Source: Chamaesiphon sp. (lineage in GTDB: Bacteria > Cyanobacteriota > Cyanobacteriia > Cyanobacteriales > Chamaesiphonaceae). Taken from it: 64,000 nucleotides of DNA. The stretch lies in the NCBI GenBank assembly GCA_965246715.1, contig CBDFFH010000027.1, positions 128,001-192,000 of the forward strand. Direction: 5' to 3'. The notes below the pieces were generated by a model that worked only from the letters and a program-made list of their open reading frames with translations, was not told where the DNA came from and ran no database searches. This document shows positions 1 to 9,130 of the stretch, piece by piece (positions within the stretch are counted from its first letter, which is position 1; every line of letters begins with the position of its first letter). The position numbers and the translations under genes are program-made.

Positions 1-52
1 CAAAAAATATCCGGCGGCTAAAACTAATTTCTTACAAGGTTACGACGGCTAA
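1..52 (+). CDS. 3' end of a cupin (quercetin dioxygenase-like) gene, partial
   Basis: Reads KKYPAAKTNFLQGYDG*, nearly identical to the C-terminus of the cupin at 14389-14898 (QKYPAAKTNFLQGYED). Confidence 0.8.
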   Translation, partial: KKYPAAKTNFLQGYDG

Positions 53-95
53 ATTACCCGATCCCGGACGATCTGAGTTGTGCTTCGGTAGCTCG

Positions 96-119
96 TTGGC
101 GTAGCCTCCGCTTCGCGGA
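96..119 (-). repeat. GAT^CG-inserted double-hairpin element, 24 nt
   Basis: Minus strand AGAT[TCCGC gaa GCGGA GGC tac GCC AA]CG; intergenic. Confidence 0.85.
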
Positions 120-165
120 ATCTCTGGTGTGGGATCGCTCTTTAACTAACGAATTTGCCTCATCG

Positions 166-211
166 TTGGCGGTAGCGGAGCGTTTGCCTTAGCAATAGCC
201 TGCTACGCGGA
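166..211 (-). repeat. Double-hairpin element with a second 24-nt hairpin element nested inside (172-195)
   Basis: CG[TTGGCG (GTAGCGGAGCGTTTGCCTTAGCAA) TAGCCTGCTACGCGGA]ATCG; removing it restores CATCGATCGAT. Confidence 0.65.
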
Positions 212-550
212 ATCGATAGTAGCAAACGACAACTTCTATACTGGGGCGATGGTGAAACGCCGATGGATCTGACGACCACTGATGATATCGCCAAGTATGT
301 CGCCGAAGCCGCGAGCGACCCCAGTTTAGCCAACACCGCCTTAGAAGTCGCTGGTGATACGCTGACTGCCAAGCAATTAAAAGCCAGTTATGAAGTGGCA
401 ACGGGTCAGCACTTAGTGGAAAAACAATTGGGCAGTATCGCCGAGATGCAAGCTGAGATCGCGACCAAAAAAGCGTCAGCGAGTACAGTGGAAGAGTACG
501 TTTACGACCAGTATATGTACGGGATGCTATCGGGTAAAGGCAAGCTCGAT

Positions 551-572
551 TACCTCCGGTACACGCTGCTAA
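551..572 (+). repeat. Double-hairpin element, 22 nt (degenerate stem 2)
   Basis: CGAT[TACCTCCGGTACACGCTGCTAA]CG; removal gives GKLD-RIED, as in the paralog GKLDRIEND. Confidence 0.85.
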
Positions 573-587
573 CGGATTGAGGACGAT

Positions 588-609
588 TACCTACGGTAGG
601 CTACGCCAA
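588..609 (+). repeat. Double-hairpin element, 22 nt
   Basis: CGAT[TACC tac GGTA GGC tac GCC AA]CG; supplies the TAG stop of the GH65 gene on the minus strand. Confidence 0.9.
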
Positions 610-3507
610 CGATGGGATGGGTTTTACTAAAGCTAGTTTTAATTGGCTTTGGAGATCGATCGAGTGAACGCCAATCAAGTTTGGTAACACGATGTCAGCG
701 GCTCCAACGCGAGTAGCAGGGCCGATGCCGATCGATCGCATCCCACCCGCGATCGCCGCTGCAATCCCCACGGTGGCATCTTCTACCACCACACAGTGGG
801 AGGGTTCGAGTCCTAACTGTTTCGCAGCGTATAGAAACACGTCCGGGGCTGGCTTGGGGCGTTCGACGCTATTCCCATCGGCGATCGCATCCACCAGATT
901 TCCAATCCCTAATTTCTCGATCACAGTGCGAGCATTTTTACTCGCAGAACCGATCGCGATTTTGAGTCCTGCTTGTCGGAGTTCTGTTAATAACTCAACT
1001 GCTCCTGGAAACATATCCTCAGGTGTAATGCTTTGAATCGATTCCTGGTAGTAGCGATTTTTACGCTCCATCATTTCCTGAAGTGCAGCTTCTGAGTACT
1101 GTCTGTCGCCGACGATGTGCATCAGCGATTCTCGCCGAGCTACGCCGCGCAGGGCTTCATTTGCCTGTCTATCGAAGGGCAGTTTTTCTTCATCAGCCAG
1201 TCGTTGCCAAGCGCGATAGTGATATTCGGCAGTATCGGTCAACACCCCATCGACATCAAAGATATAGCCTTCAATTGCCGGAGCTGGAGCCGAGGCAGGC
1301 GATAAATCGAAGTCGTGCCAAGTGCCGCGCCAGTTCAGTTTGAATTTGATCCGAGTCCAAGTGGGCGGGAGCTGGGGATTCGCGACGGGGCCGTTTTCTG
1401 TCAATTGAATCCCTGCAAAGCCGAATACCACTGCTTGCCAGACACCGCCAGCAGAAGCCGCATGAATGCCGTCGGCGGTATTATCGCGACTATCTTCGAG
1501 ATCGACTAGGGCTGACTGCATAAAATTTCGATAAGCATCTACAGATTTACCCAAACGGCTGGCGAGGATCGCGTGAATGGACGGACAGAGGGATGAGCCG
1601 TATGTGCTATCGGTGCGTGGCGCGTAGTAGTCCCAATTGGTTTGGAGGATTTCAGTTGTGACTTCTGGTGTGTCTCGCAGCAAGTAGAGCAGCATCAACA
1701 CGTCGGGCTGCTTGAGTACCTGCGTCTGATTCGTTGCGTCCATGCCGAGGACAGCTTGAATCGATCGAGTACGTGGTTCGTAGTCGCTCAAATTAATATC
1801 CTTGAGTTTGAAAAAACCCTCAAATTGCTCGATTAGTCCGGTCTTGGTATCCTTGGGGATGTACATTTGGGTAGTGGTTGCCTCAATCCGCAACCCTCTT
1901 GCTGGAGTGGGATGTAGGCTACCATCCAATTCGCCGATCCGCCCTGGAAAGTGCTGCTGCAACCAGGCATAGACAGCGATCGCCTTTTCTAGATGCCACT
2001 GCACCAGCCGATTGGTGTAGGCATTATTATTCACCTGCTCGTGATATTCATCGGCTCCAATGACTCCGCAGATTTCATACCGTTCGCGTTTAGCATTCCA
2101 GTCCACTCGACTCATCCAGAACCGAGCAGTATCGAGGATGATTTCGGCTCCATAGTCGCGCATCCAGGTGTCATCGCCTGTTGCTTGCCAGTATTGCCAG
2201 ACAGCATAGGCAATGTCCGAGCTGATATGAACTTCCAGATCGCGGCTCAATAGTCGTACAGCTTCGGCATAGGGATCTTCTAAAATCGACCAGCGGGGGG
2301 TCATCTCGTCGCCAGTGGCGGCACTTTCCCAGGCAAACATCGCCCCTTGATACCCACTATTTGCTGCTTTGCGCCGCGCTCCATCCAGAGTGTGATAACG
2401 GTAGTTCAACAAGCTACGGGCGATATCGGGTTGAGTCAGGGTGAAAAAAGGCAAGATAAATATTTCGGTATCCCAAAAGACGTGCCCCCGATAGCCCAAG
2501 CCTGACAGTGTTTTGGCGGGAACGCTGACTCGACTGTTATCTGAGCAGTCACCAGTGATGTGGGGGCAGGCACTAATTAAGAGTTGAAACAGGTTGTAGC
2601 GAACTGCCAACTGAGCCTGAGTATCTCCCTCGATCTCGACATCGCTATCCTGCCAAACTTCCTTCCACGCCTGCTGATGTGCGGCGAGTAAGATCGCTTG
2701 TGATGGCAGACTCGCCAATTTAGCCTGAGCCGCTCGCACGGGTTGTTCTACATCCTGGGATGTAAATAAGGTCACAACCTTGTCCACGCCTACGGTTTGC
2801 CCTGCTGTAGCAAGAAACGTAGTCGTCAAGGTGGGATAGTCGAGCGGGTTCGTTACCTGCAACGCCGCATCGGAGCCAATCGCTGTCATTTTAGCCGCCA
2901 TGCCCAGTTCGATTTGGGTAGTGCGGGTGCGAAGCTGGAGCCAAATTCCCCGATCGATCTTGCCGCGATCTAGTTGCTCCCAATGGTCGAAGCCTTGACT
3001 GTCGGGATAGCCATTGATACTAGATTGAATCTCGATGGTGCCATCAAAATCGATCGGTGTAATCTGGCACCGCAGCCCCAATACCTCCCGATCTGCCAAA
3101 CTAACAAATCGCTCGAACTTTAAATCTACGGTATTGCCAATCGGACTCCGCCAGCGGATCGATCGACTCAGGATACCGTGCTGTAAGTCCAACTGCCGCT
3201 CGTAATGGAGGATTTCGCCTCGATCTAATCGAAACCGCTCTCCGTTGACCACGATCGTTAAGGACAGCCAATCAGGACAATTTGCTAGCTCTGTATAAAC
3301 CCCAGGCACATCGTCATATACGCCATGCACTAAGGTGGCTGGCAAGGCATGAGGATAGCCTTCCTCAAAGCTGCCCCGCGTCCCTAAGTAACCATTACCG
3401 ATCGTAAATACGGTTTCTCTGGCACGTAATTTTGCTGGGTCGAATTCAGGTTCGGTTAGTGTCCAGTCTGTGTAAATTAGGTCGAGAGGGCGGGTGAGAG
3501 TGTTCAT
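601..3507 (-). CDS. GH65 (kojibiose/trehalose phosphorylase-like) fused to C-terminal beta-phosphoglucomutase (HAD)
   Basis: TIGNGYLGTRG, GHVFWDTE, GADEYHE and KQPDVLML GH65 motifs; FDVDGVLTDT...KPAPDVF...VVEDA HAD motifs; ATG start at 3507 preferred. Confidence 0.92.
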   Translation of the reverse strand: MNTLTRPLDLIYTDWTLTEPEFDPAKLRARETVFTIGNGYLGTRGSFEEGYPHALPATLVHGVYDDVPGVYTELANCPDWLSLTIVVNGERFRLDRGEILHYERQLDLQHGILSRSIRWRSPIGNTVDLKFERFVSLADREVLGLRCQITPIDFDGTIEIQSSINGYPDSQGFDHWEQLDRGKIDRGIWLQLRTRTTQIELGMAAKMTAIGSDAALQVTNPLDYPTLTTTFLATAGQTVGVDKVVTLFTSQDVEQPVRAAQAKLASLPSQAILLAAHQQAWKEVWQDSDVEIEGDTQAQLAVRYNLFQLLISACPHITGDCSDNSRVSVPAKTLSGLGYRGHVFWDTEIFILPFFTLTQPDIARSLLNYRYHTLDGARRKAANSGYQGAMFAWESAATGDEMTPRWSILEDPYAEAVRLLSRDLEVHISSDIAYAVWQYWQATGDDTWMRDYGAEIILDTARFWMSRVDWNAKRERYEICGVIGADEYHEQVNNNAYTNRLVQWHLEKAIAVYAWLQQHFPGRIGELDGSLHPTPARGLRIEATTTQMYIPKDTKTGLIEQFEGFFKLKDINLSDYEPRTRSIQAVLGMDATNQTQVLKQPDVLMLLYLLRDTPEVTTEILQTNWDYYAPRTDSTYGSSLCPSIHAILASRLGKSVDAYRNFMQSALVDLEDSRDNTADGIHAASAGGVWQAVVFGFAGIQLTENGPVANPQLPPTWTRIKFKLNWRGTWHDFDLSPASAPAPAIEGYIFDVDGVLTDTAEYHYRAWQRLADEEKLPFDRQANEALRGVARRESLMHIVGDRQYSEAALQEMMERKNRYYQESIQSITPEDMFPGAVELLTELRQAGLKIAIGSASKNARTVIEKLGIGNLVDAIADGNSVERPKPAPDVFLYAAKQLGLEPSHCVVVEDATVGIAAAIAGGMRSIGIGPATRVGAADIVLPNLIGVHSIDLQSQLKLALVKPIPSLA

Positions 3508-3572
3508 GATGTTGAAATAATGGGACTGGAGAATAGTCGTATTTCGCAATTTGTCAAATCTGTCACGATTTT

Positions 3573-3806
3573 CTATTGACCGTTTAGGTGTTTTCGTGGT
3601 GCTAGACCGGGATTTATCGTCATCGCCAACTCTTCTAGGGATCGTTGACTTAACTCTGAATGAAATTCTTCAGGTGTAAAATCATAACCATGTGCTTTGG
3701 CGATTTGATGGTAAGACTCGATATCTACGGCTGCTTTGAGTTCCGCTATCAAAGTTGGATCTTGTTTGACTGCTTGGATGAATTCAGCTACTGTTATCTG
3801 AGCCAT
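3573..3806 (-). CDS. Nif11-like leader peptide protein
   Basis: EFIQAVKQDPTL...IAKAHGYDFTPEE...SLEEL pattern; GGAG RBS upstream. Confidence 0.8.
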   Translation of the reverse strand: MAQITVAEFIQAVKQDPTLIAELKAAVDIESYHQIAKAHGYDFTPEEFHSELSQRSLEELAMTINPGLAPRKHLNGQ

Positions 3807-3850
3807 GATGTCTCCTGTTGTGTTTTGGTTGAGTTTGTGTAATTTGCGAT

Positions 3851-3903
3851 TACCTCGCGGCGCGGCTACGCCAACGCGTTGGCGGAAGCCTGCCGTTAAG
3901 CAC
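3851..3903. repeat. Two double-hairpin elements tail-to-tail (3851-3874 +, 3879-3903 -)
   Basis: GCGAT[TACCTCGCGGCGCGGCTACGCCAA]CGCG[TTGGCGGAAGCCTGCCGTTAAGCAC]AGCG. Confidence 0.75.
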
Positions 3904-4022
3904 AGCGTGGGTTCTACCCAATCGCTTATACGGATCGTTCGATCTAGTGATGGCGATCTAAAATCTCAACGACTGTCGATCTCCACAGCCAAAGTCACTA
4001 TTTGACGACTTTGGACGATTGC

Positions 4023-4835
4023 TTAGAGTTGCGTATCCGAATCGGTAGGGCGAATTATCAATTGATTGACATTCACTCGTGGTGGTTGAGTCACTGCATA
4101 AACAACTGCTGCGGCTACATCTTCGGGCTGCAACTGTTCGATCGAGGCGACCGAATCCAGAAAGCCTTGACGCAAGCTGGGATCGCTAATGTGTGTCGCC
4201 AAATCGGTCTCAACCAGTCCCGGTTCGACAACGGTAATCCGAATCCGATCGGCTTTACTGACTTCTAGGCGTAACGCATTGCTGAAGGCTTCGACGGCAA
4301 ACTTAGAAGCGCAGTAGCCAGATGTACCAGCACCTACGAATAAACCTGCTGTTGAGGAAATGTTGACAATATGACCGCCTCCCTGCGCTTTCATCAATGG
4401 GATCGCTGCCTTACAAGCAATCATTAAGCCCAAAGTGTTAACCTCAAACATTCGCCGCCAACTGCTCACTTCTGCGGTTTCAACAGAACCCGCATCCGCA
4501 ATACCCGCACTATTGATTAAAATGTCGAGCCGTCCCCAGTGAGTGTAAGCTCGATCGATAAGTTCAAAGGTAGCTCGTTCGTCAGACAGATCGACAGGCA
4601 ACACCAATACCTCGCCGCCAGCATGAGTGATGTCATCGGAGATCGCCTGGAGACGGTCTTCTCGTCGAGCAGCAAGGACGAGTTTGGCTCCTTCTGCGGC
4701 TAGTGCTTTAGCAGTGGCACTGCCAATTCCCGATGATGCACCTGTAACTAGTGCGACCTTGCCATTGAGTTTACCGGATGTCGTTTGGGCGATTCTCCGG
4801 TGGAGAGGCTCCGCCAACGATTGAGTTGCAGTCAT
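4023..4835 (-). CDS. SDR family oxidoreductase
   Basis: TGASSGIG, NSAG and YCASK motifs. Confidence 0.93.
   Translation of the reverse strand: MTATQSLAEPLHRRIAQTTSGKLNGKVALVTGASSGIGSATAKALAAEGAKLVLAARREDRLQAISDDITHAGGEVLVLPVDLSDERATFELIDRAYTHWGRLDILINSAGIADAGSVETAEVSSWRRMFEVNTLGLMIACKAAIPLMKAQGGGHIVNISSTAGLFVGAGTSGYCASKFAVEAFSNALRLEVSKADRIRITVVEPGLVETDLATHISDPSLRQGFLDSVASIEQLQPEDVAAAVVYAVTQPPRVNVNQLIIRPTDSDTQL
4794..4817 (+). repeat. Double-hairpin element, 24 nt, in frame in the SDR N-terminus
   Basis: CGAT[TCTCC ggt GGAGA GGC tcc GCC AA]CG; adds LAEPLHRR. Confidence 0.9.
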
Positions 4836-5782
4836 ATTAAATTACTTCCTTTAATGTTTGGGTTTAGTTTGGCCGTCATGGTCAATACGTGGCGCACAAC
4901 CTCCTCTGGGCATTCTTCAGGCACGAAGTGTCCGCAATTGGGAATGACATACCGATCGACATTCTTGGCAATTGTCTTCACCATCTCGCCGACTTTGCCA
5001 CCCAATCCCTTTTCGCCGCCGAGTGCCACAACGGGCACTGTCACCTGATGACCGATTCCAGCTAGGGGTGCTGTTTGTTCGATCGTGATGAATGCCGCTC
5101 GATAGACACCCATCGCGCCGAGCACGCCCTCACGACCAGAGAAGGTACGCAGAACTTCATCTACCGTCTCTGGATCGATCGAGTTAGGATCGAAGGTGAA
5201 TCGCTCGTAAAACCAAGTTAGAAATGCCCGTTCGTGACCCACAACCAGACGTTCCGGCACATCGGGTGCAAGTGGGAGAATCCACCACCACATCGAGCCT
5301 TCTTTCATCGCTTCCGGCGTGTAGGCGATAATCTTGGTGAGGATCTCGGATAGCATTACGGGTGCCTCGACGTACAGCAGCCCTGCGATCTCCTCTGGAT
5401 GGTCGGCAGCCCAGATCAGAGCTGGCGGCGCGCCCATATCGTAAGCAACCAGCGTCAGTGGCTGCCCCGCCCCAAAGCCAATCTTCGAGACGAGGACGCG
5501 GAACTCCTCGGCGAGAGCGCGGGCATCATAACCCTCGATTCCGGCTGGCTTGTCGGAGTCCCCATAGCCACGCATATCTGGTACGAGTACTGCATATCCA
5601 TGTGCTGCTAGGAGTGGCATCACTTTCCGCCATGCGTAGCTAGTGCTCAGAAAGCCGTGCCAGAGCAGAACGGGCTGACCGTTAGGATCGCCGCCGATCT
5701 GGTAGTGAATATTGACCCCATCAATATCGATCGTCTCACTGATAAAATCTGGCATTAGAACATTCGATCGGTTGGATATCAT
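4832..5782 (-). CDS. alpha/beta hydrolase (epoxide hydrolase-like)
   Basis: HGF, DMRGYGDS, YDMG nucleophile and GHFVPEE motifs. Confidence 0.9.
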   Translation of the reverse strand: MISNRSNVLMPDFISETIDIDGVNIHYQIGGDPNGQPVLLWHGFLSTSYAWRKVMPLLAAHGYAVLVPDMRGYGDSDKPAGIEGYDARALAEEFRVLVSKIGFGAGQPLTLVAYDMGAPPALIWAADHPEEIAGLLYVEAPVMLSEILTKIIAYTPEAMKEGSMWWWILPLAPDVPERLVVGHERAFLTWFYERFTFDPNSIDPETVDEVLRTFSGREGVLGAMGVYRAAFITIEQTAPLAGIGHQVTVPVVALGGEKGLGGKVGEMVKTIAKNVDRYVIPNCGHFVPEECPEEVVRHVLTMTAKLNPNIKGSNLI

Positions 5783-6249
5783 AAAACTCCTGTGCTGAAT
5801 TCACACGTTACCGTGTGGAAAGAATATGTAATTCTGAATCTAAAAGTTGAGTTTGGCATCGAGCGATCGACCGTCAACTGATGTGAACTTGCCCTTTGCG
5901 GCATCGCCAGACAGCCATCCGCGCCGCCCACCCTCGAATACCAGTGCGGCGGGAGCAGCACTGTGTACCCGCTTCATGTCTTCGATCGCCGCTGGCCCGA
6001 CTGGATCTTTCTCGTCAACAATTGCGCCGAGCCTGATGGAGCGGACACTCTCGAAGCCTTTGGCACCGTTGAGTGCCAGCAATGTGGCCGCACCAGCCAT
6101 CCAATGACTGGCGAGCACGACGGGTAGTGTAATGACTTCCAACACTCAACTTCTTTCAGATTCTGATGGTGCTTCTTTGGGCGATAGTGAACCTGTTTCG
6201 ATGTCATTCCAGAAAATTGTTGCTTGGCATATTCAAGAGCATGGGTTAC

Positions 6250-6657
6250 TTAGCTGAGGACTTGTTCGAGTTCGATCGTATTACCGTCTGGGTCGCGAAT
6301 ACAGGCACTAAGAACCCCGCCCGCTAGCCCATCATCTGAGAATTGCCAAGGACTACTGAAGATGGGAACACCTTTGGCTTTCAACTGGGCGATCGCGTCA
6401 TCGAGATCGGGCACGGCAAAGGTTAAAATCATCTTGGCATCGCGACGATCGTAAGTTGCTGTTTCAATCGAGTCGATGTAATCTTTCAAGCGGGATCGAT
6501 TGAGAATTGTAATTTTAGTTTCGCCTGCATCAAGCTCGGCATATTCCTCAGCATCATCAGCCAAGGAGACCTTAAAGCCTAAAATATTTTGGTAGAAAAG
6601 CTTGCAATCTGTATAGTTTTCGACATTCAATCTAGTGCAGATATATTTAAGATTCAT
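6250..6657 (-). CDS. VOC/glyoxalase family protein
   Basis: FYQNILGF...FAVPDLD...IRDPDGNTIEL. Confidence 0.88.
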   Translation of the reverse strand: MNLKYICTRLNVENYTDCKLFYQNILGFKVSLADDAEEYAELDAGETKITILNRSRLKDYIDSIETATYDRRDAKMILTFAVPDLDDAIAQLKAKGVPIFSSPWQFSDDGLAGGVLSACIRDPDGNTIELEQVLS

Positions 6658-6759
6658 GTGTTTCCTCTGGATTTAATCGGTTAATACTAGCGATGGAAAT
6701 TATCGAGTAAGCTACTTAAATACCTTGATTAAAGTCTCGAACTCCGCATTGCCAGAAAG

Positions 6760-6987
6760 TCAATTCTTTATCTGAAAGTTTGACCAACTCCACACTTCAA
6801 TCTGAGGATAGTCTGTTTCAGCGATCGGGGTATCAACTGCTGCTGTGACTCTGGACAGATCTCGACTAGCGATCGTAATGTGCCAATCTTGTCCAGATCG
6901 GGCGATCGCTTCTGCACAGGCATAGCCTAGTCCACTGTTTCCGCCTGTAATAATGACCGATTTATGTGGTTTAGTTGCAGCTTGCAT
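6760..6987 (-). pseudogene. N-terminal fragment of an SDR
   Basis: VIITGGNSGLG motif, then a stop after about 75 aa. Confidence 0.75.
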
Positions 6988-7045
6988 AATATTTATCCTG
7001 TGAGTTGAGTTGGCGATCGGGAAGCGGAGATTTGAGCATTGAGGA

Positions 7046-8065
7046 TTACAGGTGTTCATCTGTAATGACAACCTTGCCCAAATGAGCACCCCCAGCTAGA
7101 TATTCAAAAGCCGCCTGCGTTCGATCGAATGAGAATTTTTTATCGATAACTGGATGAATATTATTGACAACGATCGCTCGATTCATTGCCTTAAAATCTC
7201 GCGTGCTACCCACTTCCATTGCCTTAATCGTGGCTTGTTTGGTCAAAAACTCTAGCGTATGCAGCTCGCTGGACTCACTCATCACCGCCATGATCGAGAT
7301 GTGTCCGCCCATCCGTAGGGCATTAATCGATTTTTTTAAGTTTTCACCACCGACTGTTTCCACGACCAGATCGGCTCCACCGTCGGTTAATGCTTGCACC
7401 TTGGCTGCCCAATCTGGCGTAGTTTTGTAATTAATAGTAAGGTCTGCACCCAACTGGCGAGTTCGCTCCAATTTCGTGTCGCTGCTCGACGTAATAATTA
7501 CCCGCGCACCGTGAGCTTTGGCAAATTGGAGGGCAAAAATTGATACGCCACCCGTACCATGTAGCAACACCGTATCACCTGCTTGGATATTGCCATAGTG
7601 CAGTGCATTCCAAGCGGTTAGTCCCGCGACTGGTAATGTCGCAGCTTCGATCGCCGATAGATTGGTAGGACTTTTTATCAGTTGATGAGGGCGGAAAATT
7701 TTGTACTCACTGAGCTGTCCGGGAATAGTGCCCAGCCCTGGACGAGTCGAGTCATCTGTCGTCTCAGGTGTCGGATCGCCATTTACCCATTCGGAGACAA
7801 ATGTTGTCGCAACTCGATCGCCAGCCGCAAACTCAGTCACGCCCTCACCCACGCTGTCGATCGTGCCTGCGCCATCAGCAACTGGAATATAGGGTAGCCG
7901 CAGATAAGGATTGAGTTGACCTTTGACCACGAGCAGATCTACGTAATTGAGCGCAGCAGCTTCCATACGGACGCGGATTTCGCCTGGAGCTGGACTAGGT
8001 TGAGGCTCTTCTACTAGGTGCAAGTTGTCGATTCCAAAGCGATCGCGCAGTTGAATTGTCTTCAT
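7046..8065 (-). CDS. MDR family (zinc-type alcohol dehydrogenase-like) oxidoreductase
   Basis: LNYVD, DGAG, AGLTAW, GTGGVS and GKVVI motifs. Confidence 0.92.
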   Translation of the reverse strand: MKTIQLRDRFGIDNLHLVEEPQPSPAPGEIRVRMEAAALNYVDLLVVKGQLNPYLRLPYIPVADGAGTIDSVGEGVTEFAAGDRVATTFVSEWVNGDPTPETTDDSTRPGLGTIPGQLSEYKIFRPHQLIKSPTNLSAIEAATLPVAGLTAWNALHYGNIQAGDTVLLHGTGGVSIFALQFAKAHGARVIITSSSDTKLERTRQLGADLTINYKTTPDWAAKVQALTDGGADLVVETVGGENLKKSINALRMGGHISIMAVMSESSELHTLEFLTKQATIKAMEVGSTRDFKAMNRAIVVNNIHPVIDKKFSFDRTQAAFEYLAGGAHLGKVVITDEHL

Positions 8066-8163
8066 CTCGAATATCCTCTTTCGTGAATGTTTTATCAGAT
8101 TGCGTTGTGGATCGAGAGCTAATCATGCTCTAAGTGAGGCTGAACAAAATTTGCGGCACTGAT

Positions 8164-8352
8164 TTACAGAATCTCAATGATGATTTTACCGATCGTCTGT
8201 CCGCTGTCTGAGTCTGCACGAGCATTAGCCACTTGTGGTAGTGAAAATGTTTTGGCAAGCTGGAAATGTAAGATTCCAGCTTCGATCGATGTTGCTTTGC
8301 TAATTCCCGAAGTTCCGCTCGTCAAGGCAACTTTATTTTCAAGCGTCTACAT
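8164..8352 (-). pseudogene. Chimeric relic: SDR N-terminus fused to a quinone-oxidoreductase C-terminus
   Basis: M*TLENKVALTSGTSGISKATSI joined at CGATCG (8283-8288) to EAGILHFQLAKTFSL...GQTIGKIIIE, a near copy of the 3' end of 10433-11437. Confidence 0.75.
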
Positions 8353-8435
8353 AGCTGTCTCCTGTGCAGAGGTTTCAAATCATCATTGACCCGATAAACG
8401 AAAAGCTGCATTACGCTTTGGTTTACGCAGCATAG

Positions 8436-8840
8436 TCAGGCGGACACTGCTGCCGCTTCGATGACCTTCGAGACTAATGCCGAGTCCAAGTAGGCGCGAA
8501 CTGCTACAATCTGCCCTGCTTGGAATTGGCAGATCCAGCAGTAGTCATTATTGAACTGAATACCGCTCTTGGTCGTGGCTTGAGTATAAAGTTCGACTAT
8601 CGCAGTATCTCCATCTACAAACACCTTGCGTATAAACAGCTTCAACCCGCCATCGAACAGGGGAGTAAGCCGATCGAAAGTGGCTTGCTGGAAATCGCGT
8701 TTCGACGGGTAGTTGCCTGCCAGTGGCTGTGTGCCAAGCACAGTCCACTTCACATCATCTGCAACGTAGTCAAAAAATCGCCCAGGTGTGTCGCTTGATA
8801 AGTAAGCGAAGATGCTGTGGACATTTTCATGTGTAATCAA
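8436..8840 (-). CDS. SnoaL/NTF2-like protein
   Basis: VADDVKWTVLG...YCWI...VRAYLDS; probable TTG start with a GAGGAG RBS. Confidence 0.85.
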   Translation of the reverse strand: MITHENVHSIFAYLSSDTPGRFFDYVADDVKWTVLGTQPLAGNYPSKRDFQQATFDRLTPLFDGGLKLFIRKVFVDGDTAIVELYTQATTKSGIQFNNDYCWICQFQAGQIVAVRAYLDSALVSKVIEAAAVSA

Positions 8841-8893
8841 AATTTGTGCTCCTCGATCGTAAATATTGCTAGAACTAGTGAAGGAAAAACGAT

Positions 8894-8918
8894 TCTCCGT
8901 AGAAGAGGCTCCCGCCAA
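8894..8918 (+). repeat. Double-hairpin element, 25 nt
   Basis: CGAT[TCTCC gta GAAGA GGC tccc GCC AA]CG. Confidence 0.85.
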
Positions 8919-9130
8919 CGACTCGATCTGTCATGCTCTGTTTGGATGCTTATACCCAACCCCGATCGCGCCGATAAGATTCAAAGTCGCTCAGTGCAGA
9001 AAAGTCGCGTTTCAGCACCATAAACGCATTACATAGCGCGATCGATCGTGCCTGCGCCATCAGCCTTAATGTTTTACGGAAAACCACGCTGTGGCATCGA
9101 TTTGTTCCAAATCGATCGCTATGTATTGAA

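Larger units (their letters stand above)
239..613 (+). pseudogene. C-terminal fragment of an NmrA/isoflavone-reductase-like oxidoreductase
   Basis: YWGDGETPMD...SGKGKLD matches the paralogs at 11562 and 13375; no N-terminal Rossmann motif; two 22-nt insertions near its end. Confidence 0.85.

Noticed and set aside
5840..6207. Two overlapping minus-strand ORFs
   Set aside because: No recognisable family; possibly a relic, but I cannot support a call.
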